This document shows, in pieces, positions 48,128 to 60,296 of a stretch of 64,000 nucleotides of DNA. Origin of the DNA: Mustelus asterias (taxonomy: Eukaryota). The position numbers and the translations under genes are program-made. The stretch's first letter is position 1. Each line of letters begins with the position of its first letter. Location of the stretch: positions 68,510,001 through 68,574,000 of the forward strand of contig NC_135817.1 of the NCBI RefSeq assembly GCF_964213995.1, in the 5' to 3' direction. The notes under the pieces were generated by a model, which was not told the origin of the DNA, searched no databases, and saw only the letters and a list, made by a program, of their open reading frames with translations.

Positions 48128-49201
48128 TATGGACATGCCAACGTTGGACTGGGGTAGGCACAGTAAGAAGTCTCACAACAGCAGGTTAAAGGCCAACAGA
48201 TTTATTTGGAATCACAAGCTTTCAGAACACTGCTCCTTCATCAGGTGAGTGTAGAGGTAGGTTTCACAAACACAGCATATATAGACAGAGACAATTGCAA
48301 GAAAATGGTTAGAATGTGAGCCATTACAGGTATTCAAAGTCTTTACAGCTACAGACAGTGCAAGTAGAGAGAGAGGGATAATCACAGGTTAAAGAGGTGT
48401 GAATTGTCTCAAGCCAGGACAGGTAGTAGGATTTTGCAAGCCCAGGTCAAATGGTGGGGAGTTACATGTAGTGTGACATGAACCCAAGATCCCGGTTGAA
48501 GCCGTCCTCATGCGTGCGGAACTTGGCTATCAGTTCCTGCTCAGCGATTCTGCGTTGTCGTGTGTCTTGAAGGCCGCCTTGGAGAACGCTTACCCGAAGA
48601 TCGGAGGCTGAATGCTCTTGACTGCTAAAGTGTTGCCCAACAGGAAGGGAATACTCCTGCCTGGTGACTGTCAAGCGGTGTCTGTTCATCCTTTGTCGTA
48701 GCGTCTACATGGTCTCGCCAATGTACCACACGTTGGGACATCCTTTCCAGCAGCGTATGAGGTGGACAACATTGGCCGAGTTGCATGAATATGTACCATG
48801 TACCTGGTGGGTGGCGTTCTCATGTGTGATAGTGGTAACCATGTCAATGATCTGGCTCATATTGCAGAGGTTGCCGTAGCAGGGTTGTGTGGTGTCGTGG
48901 TCACATGCATGACAGCCTCAACCGGGATCCTGGGTTCATGTCACACTACATGTAACCCCCACCATTTGGCCTGAGCTTGCAAAATCCTACTAACTGACCT
49001 GGCTCGAGACAATTCACACCTCTTTAACCTGTGACTATCCCTCTCTCTACTTACACCGTCTGTACCTGTAACTTGATTACCAGTAAAGACACACATTCCA
49101 ACCATTATCTTACAGTTGTGTCTCTGTCTGTATATGCCATGTTTGTGAAACCTACCTCTCCACTCACCTGATGAAGGAGCAGCGCTCCGAAAGCTTGTGA
49201 T
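48128..49201. mobile_element. Penelope family-A element with inverted termini, inserted in a V-SINE (48010-49380)
   Basis: GIY-YIG fragment on minus strand (48462-48900), inverted copy of the 3' region at 48909-49201, hammerheads at 48212-48250 (-) and 49164-49200 (+). Confidence 0.9.
49164..49200 (+). ncRNA. Minimal type I hammerhead ribozyme motif
   Basis: TCAC-CTGATGA-a-GGAGC agc GCTCC-GAAA-gc-TT-GTGA: intact core, helix I, helix II and palindromic AAGCTT helix III. Confidence 0.75.
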
Positions 49202-49498
49202 CCCCCTGGCACAAATTAGCATGGCCAATCGACCTAACCCGCACATCTTTGGACTGTGGGAGGAAACCGGAGCACCCGGAGGAAACCCACGCAGACACGG
49301 GGAGAATGTGACCCAAGCCGGGAATCGAACCCAGGTCCTTGGCGCTGTGAGGCAACAGTGCTAACCACTGTGCCACTGAGTTCCCCAAGCTGATAATAAT
49401 AGTGTATTTTTCCCCTGCTGACAGTGAAACCTGATCATTTAAACATAATTTATTTAAAAAAACAAGTGAAGCAGGGTTTGTGCACCAGTGTCTCTTAC

Positions 49499-49630
49499 AA
49501 TTTCATCCAGTTGCAAACACACGGTGTCCTGGTCACGGCCAAAGCGCAGCACCAGCACCCTCTCCGCCACCGTCTTTATAATGTGGTCAACCTCTTTCTT
49601 CGTCTGTAACTTGGGCAAGAAGAAGCTCAT
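49499..49630 (-). CDS. TXNL4B: TXNL4B (DIM2) coding exon 1
   Basis: MSFFLPKLQTKKEVDHIIKTVAERVLVLRFGRDQDTVCLQLDEI; donor ATT|gtaaga; 132 nt; upstream acceptor ttctaac...ctcccag| at 49642. Confidence 0.95.
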
Positions 49631-49639
49631 TTTCTCCGC

Positions 49640-49870
49640 GCCTGGGAGCGAAGGCCAGTTAGAACGAGGAGGAAAGGCCGAGGGGGATGAGAGACAGCGA
49701 CGCACCGGATGTAAACCGACCTCCAAATCATTCCCCCAGCAACACACGACACACAGAAAACCCTCTCCTTACATCAAGGACGCGATTAAATGATTCCTTC
49801 TCGACGTTTGCCGTGTTAAAGAGGTTATTAACATAGGTATATATTATAATCGTGCCCGGGGTTTGATGTG
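49640..49870. promoter_or_regulatory. CpG-rich probable bidirectional promoter of TXNL4B/TRMT10C
   Basis: CpG cluster; minus donor GAT|gtaagg at 49773/49772; plus donor TAG|gtatat at 49836/49837. Confidence 0.5.
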
Positions 49871-50261
49871 TATGTTGTAAATTCTTGCCTGTGAATTGGG
49901 GATGTGGAATGAGGCCTTGAGCTTCCCTCCATGTGAGGCAGCTCCAGTTTCACTGAGTGAGATCCGGTCCCAGGCTTGTGTGTGTAGGAGCCACCCTCCA
50001 AACCCCCAACCAGAACCCCTTTTTTTAACAGTTTGGGTTCATTCTTTCTATTCCTAATAACTCAATTTTTTTGGGGGGTGGGGAGCGTGGGGGAGAGATT
50101 GAAATGTGTAAAATTCTGACAGGGCTGGGCAGTCTGGCTGGTGGTTTCCCCCGGTAAACAAGGGGTCTCAGGATTATGGGGTGGGCCATTAAGGATTGAG
50201 ATGAGGAGAGACTTCTTCGCTCATAGAGGATGGTGGACCTGTGGAATTCTGGAAGCCATGT

Positions 50262-50530
50262 GCAGCACGGTGGGCACAGCACCAGGGACCCAGGTTTGAT
50301 TCCCAACTTGGGTCACTGTCTGTGCAGAGCCTGCACGGTCCGCGTGGGTTTCCTTCGGGTGCTCTGGTTTCCTCACACAGTCCGAAAGACGTGCTGGTTA
50401 GGTGCATTGGCCATGCTAAATTCTCTCACGGTATACCCGAACAGGTGCTGGAGTGTGGTGACTAGGGGATTTTCACAGTAACTTTATTGCAGTGTTAATG
50501 TAAGCCTACTTGTGATGCAAATAAATAAAA
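50262..50530 (+). mobile_element. V-SINE type b among CR1 3' remnants (about 50090-50980)
   Basis: Core plus type b tail ending in aataaataaaa. Confidence 0.8.
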
Positions 50531-52339
50531 ATAAGATTTCTAGACTCTAAATGTATCAAGGGAGATGGGGAGAGCACATTCAAGAATAAAAGGGCACAGA
50601 GTTGAAGTGATTTACAAAAGAAGCAAATGTGTTGTGAGAAAAAGCTTTTTCACATGGGTGGTTCAGGTCTGGAATGCGCTACCTGCAAGTGTGGTGGAGG
50701 CAGATTCAATTGAGGCATTCAGGAGGGCATTGGATGATTTTTTGAATAGAAACAATGTGCAGAGGTATGGGGAAAAAACAGGGGAATGGCACTAAGCCAT
50801 GAAGCTAGTTTGAAGAGCTGGTGCAGACATGATGGGCCAAATGGCCTCCTTTGGCCCCATAGCAATTCTCTGATTCTGTGATATGGCATTGGAATAGAGG
50901 ATCAAACATGATTGGACTCAATGGCGGAAGCTGGCTTGAAGGGTCAAATGACCTACTCCTATTTTCTTTGTTTCTGTAGCTTGCTTAATTTCTTTTGTGT
51001 TAATTTAATTAAAATTCAAATACCCCACGTAATGAGGCAAACCATGTGCGGAGCATTTCACAGCAATATTAATTGACAGGAATATGGAAAAATTCTCCAA
51101 GCATTTCTTTCTTATACATCACCACCTCCAGAATCCAGTTCCTCACTAAGTTCTCATCTCTGCAGGGCCTGGGCAAAGCTTCAACCCCATTGTTCCCAAC
51201 TCGCCTCCATTAACTTACAAAAATGAATGTTATAATGTGAAACGGGCTCACACAATGTGATATCATCTGTTCCTGGTAATTTGCGAGATGATTTTATTCA
51301 CAATTTACATGATAAATAATCATTACATTAGAGTGGGCTGGACTAAATTACAAATTTGTAGAACTGTTGCCTAAACAGAATGAGGAATATAATATGAAAT
51401 TTTGATAAATATGATAATGTGAATACATAAAAATCTATATAAATATCAGGAAATGTGTATACCAGTAGACCTAGACCTTTCATTCCCAAAACTGAAGTTA
51501 GAACTTAGAACTACTCAGCGATTAGCTTATTCATACATAGCCTTGACTGGGTACTGTGTAGTAATAAGAAAGTGGTGCAGAACCATTAACCTTTGGAAAA
51601 ATTCAGATGACACTGACCCAAATTAGACTGCAGTATGAATGAATTGTGACTCTCACTGAAGGCTCATTGATTTTTGTCTAATTACTCAGGAAACCTTTCA
51701 GATTAATAGAAGTCTCAGTCTGCAGGGAATGGAAATTTCAATTTGATTTGTAACCATTCAGACTGAAATCTGCCTGAATTGTATGAAATTGTAAAAGAAG
51801 AAAAGAAACACAACAAAACCCAGGAGTAGGGCCTGTCATGTCTGCAGTCACATTGCCAATTAATCATTTGTCACTAACCTTTCCCGGGTTAAGATTAAAC
51901 AGCAGTGTAATTAACAAGTGTGCAAATTGGCCATTAAACTGTTAGGTGTAAAGTTGTTGCAAAGTATCGCGACCTACCTGGCTGGCAGGTTTGGTGAGAT
52001 CCTGAACAGACTCCCATCCCCTAAACTGTTGTTAATTATTTTTGTATAAATATGTTTATATAGATTATATATCACACAAACTATATTTTCCAGGAAGTAG
52101 GAGTTTGTTTAATTTATAATTTCACATTTCCCCCCTCCTACTAACGGCACTCACTGAGGTACAATTTCATAAACAAATTAACATCCAGTTAAACTAGAAG
52201 CTTTTGAACAAACATTTTTACATTAATATCTCTGCAAACGTTCAAGGTCAATGTGATATATTCTGGGCGTGCTACTTTCTGGGCGTGCTACTTCCTGGTG
52301 ATGCACTAACAAGTGGGAAGGGGGGGGATTACAATACAA

Positions 52340-52663
52340 CAGTGGTTAGCACTGCTGCTTCACAGTTCCAGGGACCTGGGTTTGATTCCCGGCTTGGGTC
52401 AGTGTCTGTGTGGAGTTTGCACATTCTCCTCGTGTCTGCGTGTGTTTCCTCCGGGTGCTCCGGTTTCCTCCCACAGTCCAAAGATGTGCGGGTTAGGTTG
52501 ATTGGCCATGCTAAAATTGCCCCTTAGTGTACTGAGATGTGTAGGTTCGAGGGATTAGCGGGTTAATATGTAGCGGCATGGGGGTAGGGTCTGGGTGGGA
52601 TTGTGGTCGGTGCAGACTCGATGGGCCAAATGGCCTCTTTCTGCACAGTAGGGTTTCTATGAT
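52340..52663 (+). mobile_element. V-SINE type a
   Basis: Near-full copy. Confidence 0.9.
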
Positions 52664-53434
52664 TTTGATGAACCGTATCGGGAAGAAGATTGTTACTTCC
52701 ACCCCTGGCCTTGACAAAGACATAGACGCAAGAACTGACTGCCAGAGTACAGTGGCTGCCCATGACATTAAGGCAGTATTTGACTAAGGATAGCACAAAG
52801 CAGAAGGATGCCCTGCAGCAGTATGTAGCTTAATGAAAAGTTGATTCATTTTTTTTGTCACCACTCCACACCCCCCCAGATTTTGCTGCACTGGGCTTCC
52901 ACATAGTTTGCCTAGTGTTTGCACCCGTTCTGCAGTTGGGGTGCTACAAATGATTCAATCTCCCGGTCTGAGGCGAAAAGGAAATCAATTAAGGGCTCTT
53001 CGAAGTCCAGTGACTCCCATTGGAAAGTATCTGAGTAAACATTGGGTGAGAAAACAGTCAGGCTCAGTGTTGACTTACCTTCAGTGAAATATGTCCATTT
53101 TCAATGAGTTACCATCCAGCACCCTTTAAGCAATATTCCAGCATCTAAGAGTCACCGAGCGAGGACTGGAGAAAATTGGGACGGTGAAAAAGTGTGCTAG
53201 GTAGAATTGATTCCTGTGCTCAGCCATTTACCTCATCTATGGTTTTGAGAAAATGAGGAACTCTACGTTTTATTTCAAAGAGATTCAGCAAGAACATTTG
53301 ATTTGGAAACACTCTTTCATAATTCTTCTAACACTCTTTTAAAAATCTAATTACAGGTTCTAATATTGCCTTGGATTTATTCAAACATATTTGGAAATTA
53401 TTTGGATTCCAGCAATTTTTTATTTGAGTATAAT

Positions 53435-54754
53435 ATGTGGCTCCGTGTTACCCGTCTTGTGCAAAGTCCTGGCCGGCATTACACACAATTAAAGACTCAG
53501 GTGAAGAATAAAGTGCCTTTGGCCAGCTGCCAATTGATACCACACCACAGGACACTAATTTTGACATCATGTGTAAAGAATGAAGGAAACAAAATCAACC
53601 CTGATAAACTAGATTTGGATATCTGGAAGACTATCATGAGAGAAAATGCAACTGAAGCTCCCAAACCACTCCCCTCTGAAGATCTTGAGGACTCATTCCT
53701 TGCTGCTACTAGAGAAATGGTTCAAATGTGGCGATTAGCTGGGAAAACTGTGCCAGAGGACATCACTGAGGAAGAACTGAGCGCAGTTCACGAACTAGCT
53801 TCCAAATCAGCAAAGAAAAAATATCTTAAGTACCTAGCAATCAAAGAAGGCAAAAAGAAAGCTACAAAGGAAAAACGAAAATTAAAACAAGAAGGAGCAA
53901 AGGATCTTCAAAAGGAAAACGAGGAAGGAATTGCATTAAAGAACACTTTTCTTTTACAATTCTGGCAACGGTCTTTTGACGCATTGTACAATTGGAGGGC
54001 TGCACAATCTATGATGTTTGGTCAGCCACTGGTATTTGACATGAGCTATGAAAGCTACATGGCCCGTCGAGAAATGGAGAACACTGTCTCTCAGTTACTG
54101 GAGTGCGAGGGATACAACAGAAGATCTTTGGATCCATTCCACTTTCATTTCTGTAACCTTAGCCCAGAGGGATCATACCAGAAGGAACTTTTAAAACGTT
54201 ATGGTGATGCCTGGGATAGACTATTGATAACAATAACAGAAAAGTCATATGTTGACATTTTTCCCAAAGACAAGCTTGTGTACTTAACCGCAGATTCACC
54301 TCACGTATTAAAGACTTTTCAGCATGATAAAATCTACATCATTGGATCACTTGTCGATAAGTCAATTCAGACAGGATTGTCCCACGCAAATGCAAAACGT
54401 TTAAAGTTGGCAACTGCACGCCTTCCTTTGGATGAGTATTTGAGGTGGGACTGTGGTGCAAAAAACCTTACATTGAACCAAATGATCAGCATCTTGTTGA
54501 CTGTGAAAGAAACCGGTAGCTGGCTAGAAGCTCTCGAGTTTGTTCCAAAAAGGAAACATGAAGGATTTTTCCAACTTCCAATGGAACAGGGATACTGTAG
54601 TCGAACCAAAAATGACCAAAGCAAGAAGACCATTAAAAATAAACCAGAAATGAAAGCCAGGATGCAAAAGTCATCTTTAAGTTTAAATCAAGCTATAAAA
54701 AGGTCATCATCAGATAGTGGTAGAAAAAGATGGTGGATGGAGGAGGAACTTTGA
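53435..54754 (+). CDS. TRMT10C: tRNA methyltransferase 10C (mitochondrial RNase P subunit MRPP1), 439 aa, single coding exon
   Basis: SPOUT TRM10 motifs AAQSMMFGQPLVFDMSY, YLTADSP, IYIIGSLVDK, TARLPLDEYL, KNLTLNQM, WLEALEFVPKRK. Basic N-terminal targeting-like segment; acceptor ctaattacag| at 53356. Confidence 0.95.
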   Translation: MWLRVTRLVQSPGRHYTQLKTQVKNKVPLASCQLIPHHRTLILTSCVKNEGNKINPDKLDLDIWKTIMRENATEAPKPLPSEDLEDSFLAATREMVQMWRLAGKTVPEDITEEELSAVHELASKSAKKKYLKYLAIKEGKKKATKEKRKLKQEGAKDLQKENEEGIALKNTFLLQFWQRSFDALYNWRAAQSMMFGQPLVFDMSYESYMARREMENTVSQLLECEGYNRRSLDPFHFHFCNLSPEGSYQKELLKRYGDAWDRLLITITEKSYVDIFPKDKLVYLTADSPHVLKTFQHDKIYIIGSLVDKSIQTGLSHANAKRLKLATARLPLDEYLRWDCGAKNLTLNQMISILLTVKETGSWLEALEFVPKRKHEGFFQLPMEQGYCSRTKNDQSKKTIKNKPEMKARMQKSSLSLNQAIKRSSSDSGRKRWWMEEEL

Positions 54755-54907
54755 AGATCCTTAAACTATTTTAAACACTGAATTGGCTAGGAAAAATATC
54801 TTTATTTGTACACTGATTTACATGTTGCATTGATTATGTCAAAAGATGTATGTCTGACTATTTTGTACATCTCACCCAAATACAATAATTATTGACCATA
54901 ACAAAGT

Positions 54908-54913
54908 AATAAA
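54908..54913 (+). terminator. Polyadenylation signal of TRMT10C
   Basis: AATAAA 154 nt after the stop codon. Confidence 0.55.
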
Positions 54914-55179
54914 AGTTGCATGTCTAGCTCTCCAGTGGATCAGCATGTTATTCAATGAGTAACAAAGCCATTAACATATGAAAGGTTCCAGATTTGATCC
55001 CCAATCACAGTTTGCTGATTTCAGCCAAGGCTGTTTCGGGGCCACTGCAGTTGGCATTGCCACTTCAGGATTTTGACTGAGAAAATCATCCAGGAACTAC
55101 CTAATTGGTATCCATTAACTTTTGCTGGCCCTGAGAATATGATTTTTCCCCACACCCACTCCCCTCGTAAAATCCTTTG

Positions 55180-55590
55180 ATTCCATTGATCTATTATTGT
55201 CACATATATTGGTATGCAGTGAAAAGTCTTGTTTCTTGCACGCTATACAGACAAAGCATGCCATTCATAGAGAAGGAAACGAGAGAGTGCAGAATGTAGT
55301 GTTACAGTCATAACTAGGGTGTAGAGAAAGATCAACTTAATACAAGGTAAGTCTATTCAAAAGTCTGATGGCAGCAGGGAAGAAGCAGTTCTTGAGTCGA
55401 ATTTCCTTAGTCTCCTGAGAAAGTAGAGGCATTGGTGGGTTTTCTTAACTATAGCATTGTCATGGAAGGACTACGACAGGTTGTTGGTGATCTGGACACC
55501 TAGAAACATTAAGCTCTCAACCATTTCTACTTTGTGGCATTGATGTAAACGGGGCATGTCCTTCACTACACTTCCTTAAGTCGGTGACTA
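55180..55590 (-). mobile_element. Rex1/Babar LINE fragment with internal deletion
   Basis: 3'UTR matches 22860-23015 and 25620-25830; TKEIVTDLRK motif. Confidence 0.75.
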
Positions 55591-56805
55591 TCTCTTTTGT
55601 TCCTTGCAAGAATGGTGGTAACTTCCAGGCTCCCCAGTGTTGGAATTTGGTGGGTATGCCAAAGATACGCTGGGGAATCCCTCTCAGAAGTTCCCAGGAA
55701 GCATTTGTACCAAAATTTACCATTTGTACCAAAATTCCCCTGGACTGCACTGGGAACCTCTTGACAAAGCAATTTAAATTGTTAACTTCGGATGGTCCTC
55801 CCAGTGTTATGTGAATAGTTACTCTGAAAGGTTTAGAAATGAAACCACTTATAACTTCTGTGTAACTAATTTAAACACCCAGACCGATCCCCACACAGGA
55901 TTCCCTCCATGCTTCCAATGTCCCAGGGGATTCCCTAACCACCAACCGGTACAGGACCTTGCTGCCCCTGACAACATGTGGGCCTGACTCTCATCTCCAA
56001 CCCGATCCCTAGTCCTGCTCCCAATGTCCAACCCCCACCACCCTGATAACTTCTGACCATCCCCCACCCCTACCCCCAGACCCATCTAACAGCCCAAGTC
56101 CCATCCACTTAACCTTATTCCTGGCCCATCAATTTTTACAGCAACTAGTGCCATAAAAATGGGGCATGTCCTCCTTGAATCCGATGTTGCTGGACTATGC
56201 TGGGGCCTATGGGGACACTTTTGATGCAGGCCCCAAGCAGTCCTGGAGATTGGAAGTTTCAGTAGAATTTTCAAGATTAGGTAGTGTGCTTCAAAGTCTT
56301 GTAATTCCAGCGGGCAATCACTTTCTGACATTAGACAAAAGTTATGGCTCTGTGGTGCTCAATGAGACTTGGCTGTGCCTGTACAATGAATGCAGAAGTT
56401 TAGTACACAGGCATAGCAAGCAATTAGGAAGGCAAATGGCACGTTGATCTTTAGTGCAAGGAGTGTGGAACATAATAATAAAGTCTTGCTGCAATTGTAC
56501 AGGAATTTGGTGACACCTCATCTGGAATACTATGTGCAGTTTTGGGAAGGAAAGATATACTTCCATTGCAAGCGGTACAGCAAAGTTTCACTTTATTGGC
56601 CCCTGGGATGAGAGGGTTGTCCTATGATGAGAGGCTGAGTAAATTAGGCTTATGTTCTTAGGAGCTTAGAAGAATGAAAAGCGATCTCATTAAAACCTCC
56701 AAAATTCTGAAGGGATTTGATAGCTAGGTGCTGAGTGATTATTTCTGCTGGTTTGAGAGTCTGAAATATAGGGGCACAGATTAAGGAAGGGGGCAATCAT
56801 TTAGG

Positions 56806-58026
56806 TCATATCTCACTAATTAATTGAGTTTTTTGAGGAGGTGACAAAAATGATTGACAAGGGAAGGGCTGTGGATGCTGTCTACATGGACTTTAATAAG
56901 GCATTCGACAAGGTCTCTCATGGCAAGCTGGTGCAAAAGATTGAATCTCACAGGATCATGGGGTGAACTAACTAGATGGATTCAGAACTGGCTTTGGCCA
57001 TAGAAGACAGAGGGTAGCGGTGGAAGGGTGTTTTCCTGAATGGAGGTCTGTAACTAGTGCGGGGACCTCTGCTGTTTGTAATATAAATAAATGACTTGGA
57101 AGAAAACGTGGCTGGTCTGATTAGCAAGTTTGCAGACGATACTAAGATTGGCAGAGTTGTGGATAGTGATGAAGATTGTCAGAGAATACAGCAGGATATA
57201 GATAGACTGGAAAATTGGGCGGAGAAATGGCAGATGACATTTAATCTGGACAAATGCAAGATGATGCATTTTGGTAGATCCAATTCAGGTGAGAGCTATA
57301 AAATAAATGGCAGAACAATCAGGAGCATAGACACACAGATCTGGGAGCACAGGTCCACAGATCCTTCAAAGTGGCAGCACAGGTGGAAAAGGTGGTGAAG
57401 AAAGCATATGGCATGCTTGCCTTCATCGGACGGCATGGAGTATAAAAGTTGGCAAATTATATTACAGTTGTATAAAATGTTGGTTAGGCCTCATTTGGAA
57501 TACTGTGTCCAATTCTGGTCACCACACTACTAGAAGGACGTGGAGGCTTTGGAGAGAGTGCAGAAAAGGTTTACCAGGATGTTGCCTGGTATGGAGGGTA
57601 TTAGCTATGAAGAGAGATTGAATAAACTGGGATTCTTCTCCCTGGAAAGACAGAGGCTGAGGGGCGACCTGATAGAAGTTTATAAAATTATGATTGGTAT
57701 GGATAGAGTGAACAGTTGTAAGCTTTTTCCCAGGGCAGAAATGAAAATTACAAGGGGGCATGAGTTCAAGATAAGGGGGGAAAGGTTGAGTGGAGATGTA
57801 CGGGGGAAGTTTTTTTTACACAGAGGGTGGTGGGGGTCTAGAATGCACTGCTAAGTGAGGTGGTTGAGGCAGTTAAGTTAGCCACATTTAAGACTTATCT
57901 TGATAGGCATATGAACAAACGGGGAATAGAGGAAGAGAAGCGGTTGGTTAGATAGGTAAATGTGATCGGCACAGGCTTGGAGGGCCGAAGGGCCTGTCCC
58001 TGTGCTGTATTGTTCTTTGTTCTTTG
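56806..58026 (+). mobile_element. CR1 (same family as 8963-10228) nested in an older CR1 (56345-58270)
   Basis: KAFDKV, KFADDTK, RPHLEY motifs; (tgttctt)n tail. Confidence 0.9.
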
Positions 58027-58647
58027 AGATAAGGGGGAATTACTTTCCACGAAGGATTGTGAATCTTTGGAGTTCTCCACCTAAGAGGGTTGTGGATGCT
58101 CCATAGTTGAACACATTTAAGGCTATGATAGATATTTGGTATCTCAGGGAATTAAGGGATATGGGGAATGGACAGGAAAATGGATTTGAAGCCCAATGTC
58201 GGCCATGATCGTATTGAATGGTGAAGTAGGCTTGACAGGCCATGTGGTCTACTGCTCCCTTTTCTTGTATAACATCTTGGACAACCAATGGCCAGAGAAC
58301 CATATCTTTCTGAAGAGATAAACTACTGGAGAAAATTAATGGGGAAAATAAATGAACAGCTTTAACAAATTAATGAGTTGATCAATATTATTCAGAAGAG
58401 TTAATTGGGGAGCTAGACTCATTATATTTGACTTCAGAATCCCTCACTATCAGGGTTAAAAAAACAAACAGCTGATTGCTGTCCCGGGATCCCTATTGAA
58501 ATTTCTTGCATTTGAATGTTGAATGAAGATATGATGGGGATTATATATAATAGTTGATAATCACTTAACCTGCTAACATTCATTGAGTACAGAATGACTA
58601 CATTAGATGTAGAGGACTGCAGGTAACTTTGGAACTTCATGGCAGAT

Positions 58648-58940
58648 GGGGCGACATGGTGGCACAGTGGTGAGCACTACTGCCTCACAGAGCCAGCGAC
58701 TCGGGTTTGATTCTCGGCTTGGGCCATTGTTTGCACGTTCTCCCCGTGTCTGCATGGATTTCCTCCGGGTGCTCCAGATTCCTCCCATAGTCCAAAGATG
58801 TGCAGGTTAGGTGAATTGCTCATGATAAATTTTCCCTCAGTGTACCCGAACAGGCACCAAGCGACTAGGGGATTTTCACAGGAACTTCATTGCAGTGTTA
58901 ATGTAAGCCTACTTGTGACTAATAAATAAACTTGACTTTA
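58648..58940 (+). mobile_element. V-SINE type b
   Basis: Head, core and type b tail; another copy at 60565-60826. Confidence 0.85.
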
Positions 58941-60296
58941 CAGTATGAGTTACAGTATTTAGGAACGAAAGAGTTATGAAGAAAAACCGGAGAAAGGAAA
59001 AAATGCAAATTAATTGAGGGGAAGCACTGAAATTTAACTGCCTCACACGTGAGGGTCAGGATAGCAGTCATTAATTTGGCTGTTAAAAATCTATACATAT
59101 CAGAATGAAACACTTGTAGCTTTTTTTCTCAAATGTAAATAGCACAAATGAAATGTACAACATCCACTTCATGCACAAAAAAATACATTGCAGATAGTGC
59201 CTTAGATTTTCACAATGTTATATCTGCTTTAAGAAATTGAAAAATAAAGTATTGCCAAACGTGCAAATAATTTGATGGAAACATTTGTCTTTTTGATGTC
59301 ATTTTAATTTGTTTTCAAATCCTATGCGAAGGAAATGAGGTCAAAAAGCTATAGCACCAGGGTGGGCAAGAGTGATGAGAACTGTTTACTTATACGGAGA
59401 GTCAGCTGATTTGTTGTGCTGAATGGCCAGTTGCTATGTTATAATTTTAATGAAGGAAGTTCTTGAAGTAATTCTGGTTGGGCTATATTTTTTTCTTGAA
59501 ATATTTCATTTCTATAAACCAAGCAGTAGAAATAAACATTATATAGAACAGAAAAACTGGCAACTAATACAAACATACATACGAATAAGGAGCTGAAGTA
59601 GGCCTTTCAACCCCTCAAGCCTGCACCAACATTTAATAAAATCATGGCTGATTGGACAATAACCTCAAATCTGCATCCTGCAGATAACATTTGCTGACGG
59701 TTGCATTGATGTCATAGCTGGTGTATATATATTCAGTGATTGAAAACATCTGGCAGTCATGGGATGGGAGTGCACACCTGGGCAGACACTTGCAACTTCC
59801 CAATCGGTCCTTTTTGAGCGTGTGATTTTTTTTTGTACAGCTGGCCTGTTTGCATGTTGTAATTTCTATTTATGGATATATTTTCTGGAATAAGGTTTTA
59901 GGTGCCTAGTGTCTTAAACTGCAAGGCAGTTCACTTAAATTGTAAGTGCTGATATTCAGAAAATCACAACGACAGAATTACCATAGAAACTATCAATTTG
60001 CAACATCGTCTAGAGAAATAATTGTTGGTACACAATGACATTTTTAAAATGGATTTTCCTACGGTAAAGGCTGCCAAGAGGATTTTCAGGGCATTTGGAA
60101 ATGGGTATTGTGAACCCATTTATTAACTTTTAATATCTAATAGAGATTATATTCTCTGTGGTTTTCTCATTATTGTGATTTGCAATTCTATGTTGTGATT
60201 TTTCCCCCAGAAATTAATCTTAGAAAAGCTCATATTTGTATTTAAAATGTCCCAAGAAAATAATTTCAACTCAGTTTGGCACAACGTTACACTTAC

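Noticed and set aside
53366-53434. N-terminal extension of TRMT10C in the ORF track
   Set aside because: Begins at TTG; first ATG is 53435. Likewise the FAM172B ORF track start at 31250 is TTG.
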